Assembly: GCA_937949785.1 (NCBI GenBank)
Contig: CALEDH010000008.1
Span: 5,845-69,844 of the forward strand
Reading direction: 5' to 3'
Origin: an uncultured Sulfolobales archaeon
GTDB lineage: Archaea; Thermoproteota; Thermoprotei_A; Sulfolobales; NBVN01
Length of the DNA stretch: 64,000 nucleotides
The notes beneath the pieces are model-generated. The model was not told where the DNA came from. It made no database searches and saw only the letters and a list, made by a program, of their open reading frames with translations. This document shows positions 19,107 through 28,608 of this stretch, piece by piece. Positions within the stretch are counted from its first letter, which is position 1. Every line of letters starts with the position of its first letter. The position numbers and the translations under genes are program-made.

Positions 19107-19976
19107 GTGGATATAACGATCTTCCTTCAAGTATTAGTAAATTCTATATTATTAGGGGGTATGTACGCTGTTATAAGTATTGGTTTAAACATAATCTTCG
19201 GAGTTCTTAAGATTGTTAACTTTGCTCACGGCGAATTAATAATGTTAGGTATGTATATTAGTTATTGGTTAACAGTTCTCTACGGTTTAAATCCCTACAT
19301 AACGTTACCGATTGTTGCCGCTACGTTATTCCTGATCGGATTGGTTGTTGAGAGGGTGTTGATTAAGCCTATTCTTAATGCCCCCTCAATCAACCAATTA
19401 CTAACCACTGCAGCTTTGATATTAATACTTCAGAATATAGCGTTAATACTATGGCGTGCGGATTATAGAGGGGTTAGCGTTAAAATGCCGTTAATCTCCA
19501 TCGGCCCTATCTTCATCTCTGCTACTAGGTTAGTAGCATTTATCGGTGGTCTTGCAGCATCGCTATGCCTCTACTACATACTTATGAAGACTGACTTAGG
19601 TATAAGGATAAGGGCAGTAGCTCAGGACCCTGAGGTAGCTCAGATAGTAGGTGTTAATGTGCCGAGGATTCAAACCTTAACTTTCGGTCTTGGTGCGATG
19701 TTAGCCGGAATAGCAGGTTCTTTAATGATACCTATATTCATGGTTAACCCTACTGTTGGAAGTAATTTCGGATTAATTGCTTGGGTTATAATAGTTCTCG
19801 GGGGTTTAGGTAGTTTTACAGGTGCCTTAATAGGTAGCTTCATAGTTGGGTTTATAGAGGCCTTCGTAGGTATTTTAATAAGTTTGGAGATGGCTAGGGC
19901 CGTAGCTTTTTTAGCGTTTATAGCCATACTCCTATTTAAGCCGGCTGGAATATTGGGTGAGAAGGCTAGGGTGTGA
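19107..19976 (+). CDS. livH: Branched-chain amino acid ABC transporter permease (LivH-like)
   Basis: GLNIIFGVLKIVNFAHGE and RAVAQD motifs. Start moved to GTG 19107. Confidence 0.9.
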   Translation: MDITIFLQVLVNSILLGGMYAVISIGLNIIFGVLKIVNFAHGELIMLGMYISYWLTVLYGLNPYITLPIVAATLFLIGLVVERVLIKPILNAPSINQLLTTAALILILQNIALILWRADYRGVSVKMPLISIGPIFISATRLVAFIGGLAASLCLYYILMKTDLGIRIRAVAQDPEVAQIVGVNVPRIQTLTFGLGAMLAGIAGSLMIPIFMVNPTVGSNFGLIAWVIIVLGGLGSFTGALIGSFIVGFIEAFVGILISLEMARAVAFLAFIAILLFKPAGILGEKARV

Positions 19977-19979
19977 ACT

Positions 19980-20957
19980 ATGAGCATGTTTAAGAGTTTG
20001 AACATCAAGTATATAGTACCATTGGCGGTCATCCTCTACGCACTGCCCTTAATACCTCAACAACCTTACGTTACGCACTTAATGATTATGACGCTTATGT
20101 GGGCATACCTAGCAACGGCGTGGAATATATTAGGCGGTTTTTCAGGGCAATTATCGTTAGGGCACGCAGCTTTCTTCGGTATTGGTGCCTACGCATCTTA
20201 CTTCCTAACAGTGTGGTATGGTATACCCCCAATAGTAAGTTTAATTGTAAGCGGTATGTTTGCATCACTTATCAGTATTGGTATAGGGTACCCATGCTTT
20301 AGGTATGGGTTGAGAGGTGTTTACTTCACCTTAGCCACCATAGCGTTTGCTGAGATATTAAAGGACGTATTCATATATTTGAGGGATATTACAGGGGGTT
20401 CCCTAGGTATTTGGTTACCGGTGACTCATGAGGGCATAGTTAACTTATACTTCATAAGTAAGGAGTCTTACTACTACGTAATCACATCGCTTTGGCTACT
20501 TCTAATGATAATCTTAAGCCTTGCAGGTAGGTTTAAGGACTACCTAATAGCTATTAGGGAGGATGAAGACGTAGCTGCTAGCATAGGTATTAACATTACT
20601 AGGTATAAGTTAATGGCCTTACTAATAAGTAGCTATTTCACAGGTGTTGGGGGATCCTTCTACATTTACTACTTTAGATATATTAACCCCTACACAGCAT
20701 TCGGATTAGATACTAGCCTGCAGATGGTATTAATAAGTGTTTTTGGAGGTATGTATAGCTTATGGGGTTCCTTCATCGGATCTTTAGTCTTAACACCTAT
20801 TGGAGAGTATTTAAGAATTACTTTAGGAGGTACTTACGTCGGGTCTCATCTAATAATCTACGGGGTATTGTTGATAATCATAATAAGGTTCATGCCAAGA
20901 GGTGTTTTTGGTATTGCTGAAATCATTCGGAGTAAGTATTTAATTAGAGGTGGTTGA
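19980..20957 (+). CDS. livM: Branched-chain amino acid ABC transporter permease (LivM-like)
   Basis: WNILGGFSGQLSLGHAAFFGIGAY and AIREDE motifs. Confidence 0.9.
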   Translation: MSMFKSLNIKYIVPLAVILYALPLIPQQPYVTHLMIMTLMWAYLATAWNILGGFSGQLSLGHAAFFGIGAYASYFLTVWYGIPPIVSLIVSGMFASLISIGIGYPCFRYGLRGVYFTLATIAFAEILKDVFIYLRDITGGSLGIWLPVTHEGIVNLYFISKESYYYVITSLWLLLMIILSLAGRFKDYLIAIREDEDVAASIGINITRYKLMALLISSYFTGVGGSFYIYYFRYINPYTAFGLDTSLQMVLISVFGGMYSLWGSFIGSLVLTPIGEYLRITLGGTYVGSHLIIYGVLLIIIIRFMPRGVFGIAEIIRSKYLIRGG

Positions 20958-21666
20958 CATGTTATTAAGTATTCAGAAGGTTTCGAAGGCGTTCGGTGGT
21001 TTGTGGGCCCTTAGGAATGTAGACCTTGATGTGGAGGAAGGTGAGGTGTTAGGACTTATAGGTCCTAACGGCGCAGGTAAGACGACGTTATTTAACTGTA
21101 TAACCGGTTACTACAGACCTACTAGCGGTAAGATCGTCTTTCAATCAGTAGATATTGTCGGCCTACCTCCATATAAGATAAGTAGGTTAGGTATTGCAAG
21201 GACTTTCCAATTAACTAAGGGGTTCAATAACTTAACGGTTTTCGATAACATTAGAATTGCATCGCTTGTTAGTGGTGCGGCTTTGAAGGATGTTTGGGAA
21301 ATACTTAGGTTAGTAGGGCTTGAAGAGAAGAAAGACGTATATGTTGGCAGCTTAACACTTATAGAGAGGAAGAAGTTAGAGTTGGCTAGGGCCTTAACGA
21401 TTAGACCTAAATTACTATTATTGGATGAGGTGATGTCTGGTTTAAAACCTAGTGAAGCTGATGAAATTTTAAAGGTTATTAGTGATATAAATAAGAAAGG
21501 TGTTACTGTAATCATCGTAGAACATGTTATGAGGACTATAATGCGGATATGTAAGAGGGTTGCTGTCTTAGACTACGGTGTTAAAATTGCTGAGGGAAGT
21601 CCTGAAGAAGTGATGAGGGATGAACGTGTTATTAAGGCATACCTAGGTGAGGAGTTTGTTGCTTGA
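20950..21666 (+). CDS. livG: ABC ATPase (LivG-like)
   Basis: Walker A GPNGAGKTT, GIARTFQ, LLLDE and AYLG. Confidence 0.92.
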   Translation: MVDMLLSIQKVSKAFGGLWALRNVDLDVEEGEVLGLIGPNGAGKTTLFNCITGYYRPTSGKIVFQSVDIVGLPPYKISRLGIARTFQLTKGFNNLTVFDNIRIASLVSGAALKDVWEILRLVGLEEKKDVYVGSLTLIERKKLELARALTIRPKLLLLDEVMSGLKPSEADEILKVISDINKKGVTVIIVEHVMRTIMRICKRVAVLDYGVKIAEGSPEEVMRDERVIKAYLGEEFVA

Positions 21667-22363
21667 AGTAAATGATGTATCGGCTGGGTACAGCTTATTA
21701 AGGGTTTTATGGGATGTTACCCTTAAGGTCAGTAGCGGTGAGAGAGTAGCACTTATAGGTCCTAACGGCGCAGGTAAGACAACACTGCTTAGAGTTGTTG
21801 TAGGACTCCTCCAGCCGTATGGAGGTAAGGTGATCTTTAACGGTGAGGACGTAACTAACATACCTACATTCGATAGGGTTAGGAAGGGTATAACTTTAGT
21901 TCCTGAAGGTAGTAGGGTAATACCTAGATTAACCGTGTATGAGAACTTAAGAGCGGCTGCAACGACGAAGGAGGCGAAGGATAAGTTTACAGACACTGTA
22001 GATATGCTCTTCACCTTATTCCCCATACTTAAAGAGAGGAAGGAGCAATTAGCTGGTACTTTAAGCGGTGGTGAGCAAAGGATGTTAGCAGTAGCTAGAG
22101 GTTTAATTCTAAGACCTAAGCTACTTTTAGTTGATGAGGTTTCATTAGGCTTAGCGCCGAAGGTGGTTACGCAGATATATGACTCGTTTAAAGAGTTGAG
22201 TGGGATGGGTATAACGTTAGTTCTAGTAGAACAGTATGTTAGGAAGGTACTTCAATCAACTGATAGGGCCTACTTAATAGAGCAGGGTAGGATAGTTTTA
22301 AGCGGTAGTAGTCGAGAACTCATGGTAAATGAGTACGTAAGGAAGGCATACTTAGGTGATTAA
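21647..22363 (+). CDS. livF: ABC ATPase (LivF-like)
   Basis: Walker A, LSGGEQRMLA and DEVSLGLAP; true start probably 21656 or 21659. Confidence 0.92.
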   Translation: MRSLLLEVNDVSAGYSLLRVLWDVTLKVSSGERVALIGPNGAGKTTLLRVVVGLLQPYGGKVIFNGEDVTNIPTFDRVRKGITLVPEGSRVIPRLTVYENLRAAATTKEAKDKFTDTVDMLFTLFPILKERKEQLAGTLSGGEQRMLAVARGLILRPKLLLVDEVSLGLAPKVVTQIYDSFKELSGMGITLVLVEQYVRKVLQSTDRAYLIEQGRIVLSGSSRELMVNEYVRKAYLGD

Positions 22364-22414
22364 GTAGGGTTAAACAGTGTAAAATTTATTAATCCCTAAG
22401 CCTTCTAGGAATAG

Positions 22415-23923
22415 GTGTTATTTGACATGGTAGCTAAACAAAGTAACATCTTAGTAGGTATATTAGCGGTTTTAATTGTTGTTGCTGGTGTTGGTGGTTA
22501 TCTCGCAGGATCTTCTACTGCTACACCTATGACAGTTACCACTACGGTGACAGTAGTTCCTTCTACAGTTACAACAACTGTAGTTAGGACTGAGAGGGTA
22601 ACTGTTACTGAGACTGTAACAGTGACTTCAACACCTACGCCGACGGTTACCCTACCTCCTCCTGATAAGGTTCAGATTAGGATCGGCCTCCTCTTCCCGC
22701 TAACAGGTGCTTGGGCACCCTTAGGGACAGATCAGATGACTGGTGCTAAAATAGCTATTGAGATGGTTAATAGGCGTGGCGGGGTCCTAGGTAAGTATAA
22801 GGTCGATTACGTAGTTGCTGATTGTAAGAGTGACGTTACCGTAGCGGCTACTGAGGCGGAGAGATTAATAACTATGAATAAGGTTCAGGTAATAGTAGGT
22901 AGTTATGCCAGTCCATTACTCCTAGCAGCTAGTGAGGTAGCTGAGAAGTATAAGACTATTTACTGGGAGGTAGGCGCTATTACCGATAGCGCTACATTAA
23001 GAGGCTTCAAATACTTATTCAGACCTCAGCCGATAGGCGGTGATTTCGGTTTTCAGAGCGTCTTATTCATTAGAGATGTGGTGGCTAAGGCTTTAGGGAA
23101 GGACGTAAGTAATTTGAAAGTTGCGATAGTATTTGAGGACGGACCTTACGGTACGTCAGTGGCTAGTGGTAATAAGTTAATGGCTGAAAAACTGAGGATA
23201 CCTATAGTACTATATGAGGGTTACCCTACAGCAGCTACAGACCTCTCATCACTTATTATGAAGCTTAAGATGGTAGGTCCTGATATAATACTGCATACCG
23301 GCTACTACTCCGATACAGTGCTGTTCTTTAGGCAGGCAAAGGAGTTAGGCCTTAAGCTCAAGGCCTACATAGCTCACGGTGCTGGCGGTGGATTACCCGC
23401 TACTTATCAAGCGTTAGGTAAGGACATGGAGTACATGTTTAACGTAGACCCACCCTCACCCTACTTAAACTACGAAGCATTAAACCCTGAGGTCAGAGAT
23501 GCATTGCTTGAGTTCGTCGAGAGGTTTAAGGCTGAAAGAGGTTACGAACCAATGACGCATGCGCATATGGGCTTCTCACACACCTGGATCCTACTTACAA
23601 ACGTATTACCATTAGCAATAATGAGGTACGGGGAGGTAACACCTGATACTATAAGGTTAGCAGCTCTAGAAATCAACATATCTGAGGGTGGAACTACTAT
23701 GGGGTACGGAGTTCTCTTCGCAAAACCTGAGAAACCTGATGATACAATCCTAGGTAAGATCGGTAGGGTTGAGAAACCACAACAACACATAGGTCAGAAC
23801 ATCCTCTCATACCCGGTCGTCATGCAGTGGCAGAAGGGTAGATTAATAGTTGTCTACCCAGAGAAGTTTGCAGGTACTAAAGCTGTCATACCTCTACCGG
23901 CTGAAAGCCCCTACGCCGGTTAA
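22415..23923 (+). CDS. Branched-chain amino acid ABC substrate-binding protein (N-terminal anchor, Thr-rich linker)
   Basis: N-terminal TM helix, T/V-rich stalk, and RIGLLFPLTG type-I periplasmic binding protein motif. Confidence 0.9.
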   Translation: MLFDMVAKQSNILVGILAVLIVVAGVGGYLAGSSTATPMTVTTTVTVVPSTVTTTVVRTERVTVTETVTVTSTPTPTVTLPPPDKVQIRIGLLFPLTGAWAPLGTDQMTGAKIAIEMVNRRGGVLGKYKVDYVVADCKSDVTVAATEAERLITMNKVQVIVGSYASPLLLAASEVAEKYKTIYWEVGAITDSATLRGFKYLFRPQPIGGDFGFQSVLFIRDVVAKALGKDVSNLKVAIVFEDGPYGTSVASGNKLMAEKLRIPIVLYEGYPTAATDLSSLIMKLKMVGPDIILHTGYYSDTVLFFRQAKELGLKLKAYIAHGAGGGLPATYQALGKDMEYMFNVDPPSPYLNYEALNPEVRDALLEFVERFKAERGYEPMTHAHMGFSHTWILLTNVLPLAIMRYGEVTPDTIRLAALEINISEGGTTMGYGVLFAKPEKPDDTILGKIGRVEKPQQHIGQNILSYPVVMQWQKGRLIVVYPEKFAGTKAVIPLPAESPYAG

Positions 23924-23930
23924 TTCAACC

Positions 23931-23960
23931 TTAACCTAAAAAAGTGCTTTTTTAGGTTAA
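23931..23960. terminator. Bidirectional terminator-like inverted repeat
   Basis: Perfect 14-bp arms TTAACCTAAAAAAG-TG-CTTTTTTAGGTTAA between convergent genes, giving a T6 tract on each strand. Confidence 0.7.
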
Positions 23961-23966
23961 AATAGA

Positions 23967-24338
23967 TTAAAATAAGTAGGTCCTATTGTTAACGTCTAAA
24001 TACGCATCCTTAAGACCTATGAGTCTCAATAACTTCCTGCAGGCAGTGGTGTATAGCTCAGCTGACTTCCATTCCCTGTAAATGCTTTCAACTTCAGCTA
24101 AGCTTACTAACTTGAATATGTCTTCATGGCCTAAGTCGTAAAGAATTGATGCTATGTAGTGGGGGTTTGAAATACCTATGAGGGGCTTACCGCTTAATAG
24201 GAGGTAAGACTTAGCTAGGTATGTGAAGGAAGACCTAATTACTTTAAGGCCTTCTGAAATCTTCCCAGCCTCTATGAGGTCTTCAGCGAACTTAAGTTCC
24301 TTAACACCTTTGAGGAAGTAAAATGCTGCATCAGACAT
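23967..24338 (-). CDS. HEPN-like helical protein
   Basis: N-terminus (ELKFAEDLIEAG...S..YLAKSYLLLSG...H) follows the HEPN/PaREP1 pattern; no Rx4-6H motif. Confidence 0.5.
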   Translation of the reverse strand: MSDAAFYFLKGVKELKFAEDLIEAGKISEGLKVIRSSFTYLAKSYLLLSGKPLIGISNPHYIASILYDLGHEDIFKLVSLAEVESIYREWKSAELYTTACRKLLRLIGLKDAYLDVNNRTYLF

Positions 24339-24645
24339 CTAATCAAGTACCACCCCGGTAAGCTTCATAATGTTAGGTATATCGGTCACGGATTCTGAAC
24401 TATGTAATCTTTGATAGACATACCTAGCCTTCATGAAGAACGACATGGCTTACCTACACTCCTCCACCTAACATACCTAATACCCCTATATCCCCACTTA
24501 CCTAACTACTAGTTATCTAATAACTTACTTTCAGGTAACACCGATTAATAATGAGCTTATATTCATACATGAAAGGTAAACACTGTTACAGCCCATTATC
24601 TCTATCGAAAGTAAACTTATAACTTTATTTACAGGACACACCTTA

Positions 24646-25113
24646 GTGAATGTAATGAAGATGCTAACCCATATCCTCTCAACGTTTGCGTTAAGTTCCT
24701 TAATTTGCTGCCTAATATTTAGGAGTGTGTGGGTTCTTAATGAGGTGTTTATCCTCTCATTAGTTATTAACTACTTCATAGATATGTTAGGTCATAAAGA
24801 TGGGAGGAGGACACCGTTAACCCATGAAGTATTTAGTAACGTATTCTTATCTCTATGCATCGGTTTAGGTGTTTACGTATTTACATTTTATATGGTTCCT
24901 CAATCCTTAATCACAATGATAATCACATCGGTTACCGCATCTTTCACTCATCTACTTCTAGACTCGTTGACTGGAGGCATTTACATCGTTAAGTTAAATG
25001 AGGTTGTTAGGTTCAAAATCTATGGTAAGCGGTATGATGATTTCACGTTAAATACATTAACCATAGCGTTATCCGGTATTACCATCGTCGCGGTCCTCAT
25101 GTTAATTTTATAA
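24646..25113 (+). CDS. Membrane metal-dependent hydrolase-like protein (DUF1286/YdjM-like)
   Basis: TH...D..GH...RTPLTH...HLLLD pattern set among TM helices. Confidence 0.7.
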   Translation: MNVMKMLTHILSTFALSSLICCLIFRSVWVLNEVFILSLVINYFIDMLGHKDGRRTPLTHEVFSNVFLSLCIGLGVYVFTFYMVPQSLITMIITSVTASFTHLLLDSLTGGIYIVKLNEVVRFKIYGKRYDDFTLNTLTIALSGITIVAVLMLIL

Positions 25114-25125
25114 CTCCCTACGACT

Positions 25126-25857
25126 ATGTTAGGTGGGTTAGCTATGCAGGAATTAATCTACCAGCTTGACAGTTATATTAGAGAATTTAATGCTAACGTT
25201 GTTAAAGTCCTTAACAATGGTGTTATATTAGATAGGACTGCCTTCCACCCGAGGAGTGGTGGTGTAGCCAACGACTTGGGAGTGTTAGTTAAGGACGAGG
25301 CAGTATATGAGGTTGTTGACGTGGTCTTCAGCGATTACGGCGTATTACATATCATTAAAGGCGGTGCTTCAAGTCTGAGAGAGGGAGAGGTCATTAGAGG
25401 AATTATTGATTGGGACCGTAGGTATAGGTTGATGAGACTTCATACAGCGGCCCACATCCTCTCAGCTATATTCTACAGGGATTACAACGCATTAATAACT
25501 GGTGGTAATATACTTCCGGAACATGCCTACGATGATTATAGTTTAGAGAGCTTCGATAGAGCTATATTTGAGGATGTGGTTAGGAAAGCTAATGAGGTTA
25601 TTAGACTAGGTATTGAAGTTAGGGTTTACTGGTTGGATAGGGAGGAAGCTCTTAAGATACCAGGTGTGGTGAAGTTAGCTAGTAAGATGCCGCCGGATGT
25701 AAGTAAGTTAAGGATTGTTGAGATAGTAGGTATTGATATACAGGCTGATGGTGGACCCCATGTAAGGAATGTGAGTGAGGTTGGCGAGGTAGTGTTAGTT
25801 AGTGTTGAGAATAAGGGTAGGAAGAGGAAGAGGTTATATTATACCGTAAGACCTTGA
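25126..25857 (+). CDS. alaXM: Alanyl-tRNA editing protein AlaX-M
   Basis: LDRTAFHP..GG, MRLHTAAH and ADGGPHV motifs. Confidence 0.92.
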   Translation: MLGGLAMQELIYQLDSYIREFNANVVKVLNNGVILDRTAFHPRSGGVANDLGVLVKDEAVYEVVDVVFSDYGVLHIIKGGASSLREGEVIRGIIDWDRRYRLMRLHTAAHILSAIFYRDYNALITGGNILPEHAYDDYSLESFDRAIFEDVVRKANEVIRLGIEVRVYWLDREEALKIPGVVKLASKMPPDVSKLRIVEIVGIDIQADGGPHVRNVSEVGEVVLVSVENKGRKRKRLYYTVRP

Positions 25858-26987
25858 TAGTGATGAGAGTTAGAACACTTCCCACACTCTTCGTACTCCT
25901 AACACTGCTTTCAGCGTTTACCTTAGGCTACTACCTAAGCACCCACAGACTCTCATATAGGGTTATCACAGTATCTGATGTCGAGGAATTAGTTTTTGAT
26001 GTAGCTAACGAGGTATCAATTATAAGGGGGCTAACCTTTAAGGAATTACCGAATACCGTGATAATAAATTCTTCAGCAGTCATAGCTACTTGGGGTGATG
26101 GAATACCTAGTAACGTAGTAGTTCTCGGCGAAGTACTTAAGATGACATTACTTACACCTAAAGACTACAACATAAGTAAGTCGTATAGAGCTCTACTCGG
26201 TATGTGGGTCGCAGCATCGGCTGGGAACACTATATACGTAGTCAGCGATAATCTAGGAGTTGAGGACGCCTTACTTCACAGGATCCTCGCACATGAATTA
26301 ACTCATGTACTGCAGTACCAGTACTTCACCCTACCTACTCCGAAGAACTTAGATGAGTCTTTAGCTCTGAAATCGCTTATCGAGGGTGATGCTGACTTAG
26401 TAGCCGACACCTACGTAGAACGTAAGGGGTTTAAAGGGGTGATTAAGATCACTAAACTGCTGTTCGAAGACCCCTTCATATCACTTCAATTAATACCTTA
26501 CGTATTCGGCGGTAACTTCGTTAGAAAACTCCTAGATGTAGGTGGTTGGGAGTTAATTAATAAAGTGTATGGAGAGCCGCCTAAGTCGATGAAGCATGTG
26601 ATGTTTCCTGAAAAGTACTTAAGTGGTGAGCTAACCATCAACGTTACCAGCAGCGTTAACTGTAATGTGGTATATGATGATGTTTTAGGCCCCTCCTATA
26701 TCTACGTAATGATTGGTAAGCATTTTAACGAGTCACTGGCCTTAAGGATTAGTAGTTCTTGGGTTGGTGATAGAGTTATGTATTGCGATGATGGATTAGG
26801 TAAGTATCTGGAGTGGAGGGTTAGATGGACCTCTAATGAAGTTGCTGCTGAATTTCGGCGAATGTTAGATGTTATCGCTACGATGTATGGAGGGGTTCTA
26901 ATCGAGGATGAGTTATATTTTGATGGGTTAGTCATTAATGTTGAGGTGTGGGGGGATGAAGTGGTTATGAGGTCGTTAAAATATTAG
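25854..26987 (+). CDS. Secreted or membrane-anchored gluzincin-like metallopeptidase
   Basis: N-terminal hydrophobic helix; LAHELTHVLQ followed by LIEGDA (HExxH...E). Confidence 0.75.
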   Translation: MIVMRVRTLPTLFVLLTLLSAFTLGYYLSTHRLSYRVITVSDVEELVFDVANEVSIIRGLTFKELPNTVIINSSAVIATWGDGIPSNVVVLGEVLKMTLLTPKDYNISKSYRALLGMWVAASAGNTIYVVSDNLGVEDALLHRILAHELTHVLQYQYFTLPTPKNLDESLALKSLIEGDADLVADTYVERKGFKGVIKITKLLFEDPFISLQLIPYVFGGNFVRKLLDVGGWELINKVYGEPPKSMKHVMFPEKYLSGELTINVTSSVNCNVVYDDVLGPSYIYVMIGKHFNESLALRISSSWVGDRVMYCDDGLGKYLEWRVRWTSNEVAAEFRRMLDVIATMYGGVLIEDELYFDGLVINVEVWGDEVVMRSLKY

Positions 26988-26991
26988 ATAG

Positions 26992-27873
26992 CTACCTCTG
27001 CCTTAAGTACTGTATCGTAGCTAACGTGCTTATTGAGGCAATACCTAGCAAACCTGTAGGCATAGCATATAATGGGTCATCAACAACTACTGTGTAGGCC
27101 ATTAAGTTATGCAGGACGTTAAGAACGCCTGAAGCAGCAGCCGGTGCGAGTAGACTACCTATCCTTAACTTTAGGTATGAGAAAACTACACTTAGAGGAG
27201 TATGTACTGCAATCATTGCTAGAATACCTACAACATCTCTATGCTCTGGATAGTACATACCGTGTAGTATTATAAGTGGTGAGTACCATAAACCCCAAAT
27301 AATACCTACTAGTAAGTTACTAAGCAACGATTTTTTAAATATATGTGAGGCTTCCTCCAGCAGTAGCCCTCTCCACCCAACCTCCTGTCCTAACATAATT
27401 AAGCACATAGCGGTAGAACCAACGAATAGGGAACTCGTTAAAGATAAAGCAAGCGTCAACTCCCCGCCCTCCGCAGGTACATCCATCCCATAACTCCTAT
27501 ACAGCGGGATTAAAGGATTTACAACCTCAAAGCCTAAGATTAATGCGTAGATCGAGCCGATAAAGTATATTAAGAAAGGTGTTAAACCGCTAAGGAATAA
27601 AAATCTAATCTTACATTTTCTTAAGCCGTAACTCCTAAGACTGCTCTTAATACCCATACGTAACATGAGTAGGGTAAATAACACAGATGTCAGGGGGATG
27701 AAATTCCTAAATGTAAGTGATATTTGATATAGCTGAATTAAACTTAAATCACGTAAATAATTCATAAGGTAGTCATAAGGTATTGTAATTAAGAACGTCA
27801 TTAATGTAAATAGTGATATCCTCGCTAAAGAGTCCCTTACAGTACTACCCCTATAGCTCAAGACTATCAGCAC
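26992..27873 (-). CDS. CPBP (CAAX/Abi) family membrane protein with degenerate catalytic motifs
   Basis: GQEVGWRG (normally EExxWRG), WGLWY (normally WxxWH) and SGVLN (normally HxxxN). Confidence 0.8.
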   Translation of the reverse strand: MLIVLSYRGSTVRDSLARISLFTLMTFLITIPYDYLMNYLRDLSLIQLYQISLTFRNFIPLTSVLFTLLMLRMGIKSSLRSYGLRKCKIRFLFLSGLTPFLIYFIGSIYALILGFEVVNPLIPLYRSYGMDVPAEGGELTLALSLTSSLFVGSTAMCLIMLGQEVGWRGLLLEEASHIFKKSLLSNLLVGIIWGLWYSPLIILHGMYYPEHRDVVGILAMIAVHTPLSVVFSYLKLRIGSLLAPAAASGVLNVLHNLMAYTVVVDDPLYAMPTGLLGIASISTLATIQYLRQR

Positions 27874-28133
27874 CTGTAAACACTTACTACATATATTAAT
27901 GGAGATGGTATAAATATATGTAACTCACCGTAGGTTTACTAGTATCTAATCTTATATTACAGGAGAGGTCTCAGTAGTTATGGTTAATTAATAATGTATA
28001 AACCTACTTATGGTGAGAGGTCTATCACATCAGAAAGCCGTCAATGAAACTGTAGGGCTTAAGCAGCACATATGGCTGGTAGGGGTTAGTTCTATAACGA
28101 ATTGAAATAATACTTAAAGCCGTCAACAGGTAT

Positions 28134-28502
28134 CTACATCTCTAAGTTTATTAGAGATGTTATAAGCGATTTCATTTTCTCGACATCGTTGTTTTTAAAC
28201 CATGTTATATACTCACTACAAGTAGTTATGTTATCCATACCTAACTTTTTAGCGTATGTTAAAATAGTACATATAAATGACTCAGCAAGCAACTCACTTT
28301 CAAAGACGTTAATCACAGATTCATAGAAAGATCGAGGGGAGTGGAGTAGTAGGGACTCCGGCGATTCTGTCTGGAATTTAGATAGTTTAATCCTAAATGT
28401 CATATAGTATAGTGGACCGAAAACACTATCCAACCACTTGACGAGGAGCTTCCTCACATTAAATTCTAAGTTATTACTAGTAGTCGATGAAGTCAAAAAC
28501 AT
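28134..28502 (-). CDS. Hypothetical protein (DUF3227-like)
   Basis: L..VFG...L.....P..F...I..VF helical pattern; low GC. Confidence 0.5.
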   Translation of the reverse strand: MFLTSSTTSNNLEFNVRKLLVKWLDSVFGPLYYMTFRIKLSKFQTESPESLLLHSPRSFYESVINVFESELLAESFICTILTYAKKLGMDNITTCSEYITWFKNNDVEKMKSLITSLINLEM

Positions 28503-28608
28503 CTCCTAGTTAATATCATATCTTAGGTTTTTAAGATTAATTGTAATAGGCTGAAAAACTCCTATCACGAACTATTGAAAATAATGCAATAGCTGCATGA
28601 TAATTTAA

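Noticed and set aside
22520-22665. Thr/Val-rich low-complexity repeats (also 60655-60750 and about 53820-53930)
   Set aside because: Ordinary linker stalks of archaeal surface-anchored proteins, not DNA repeats.
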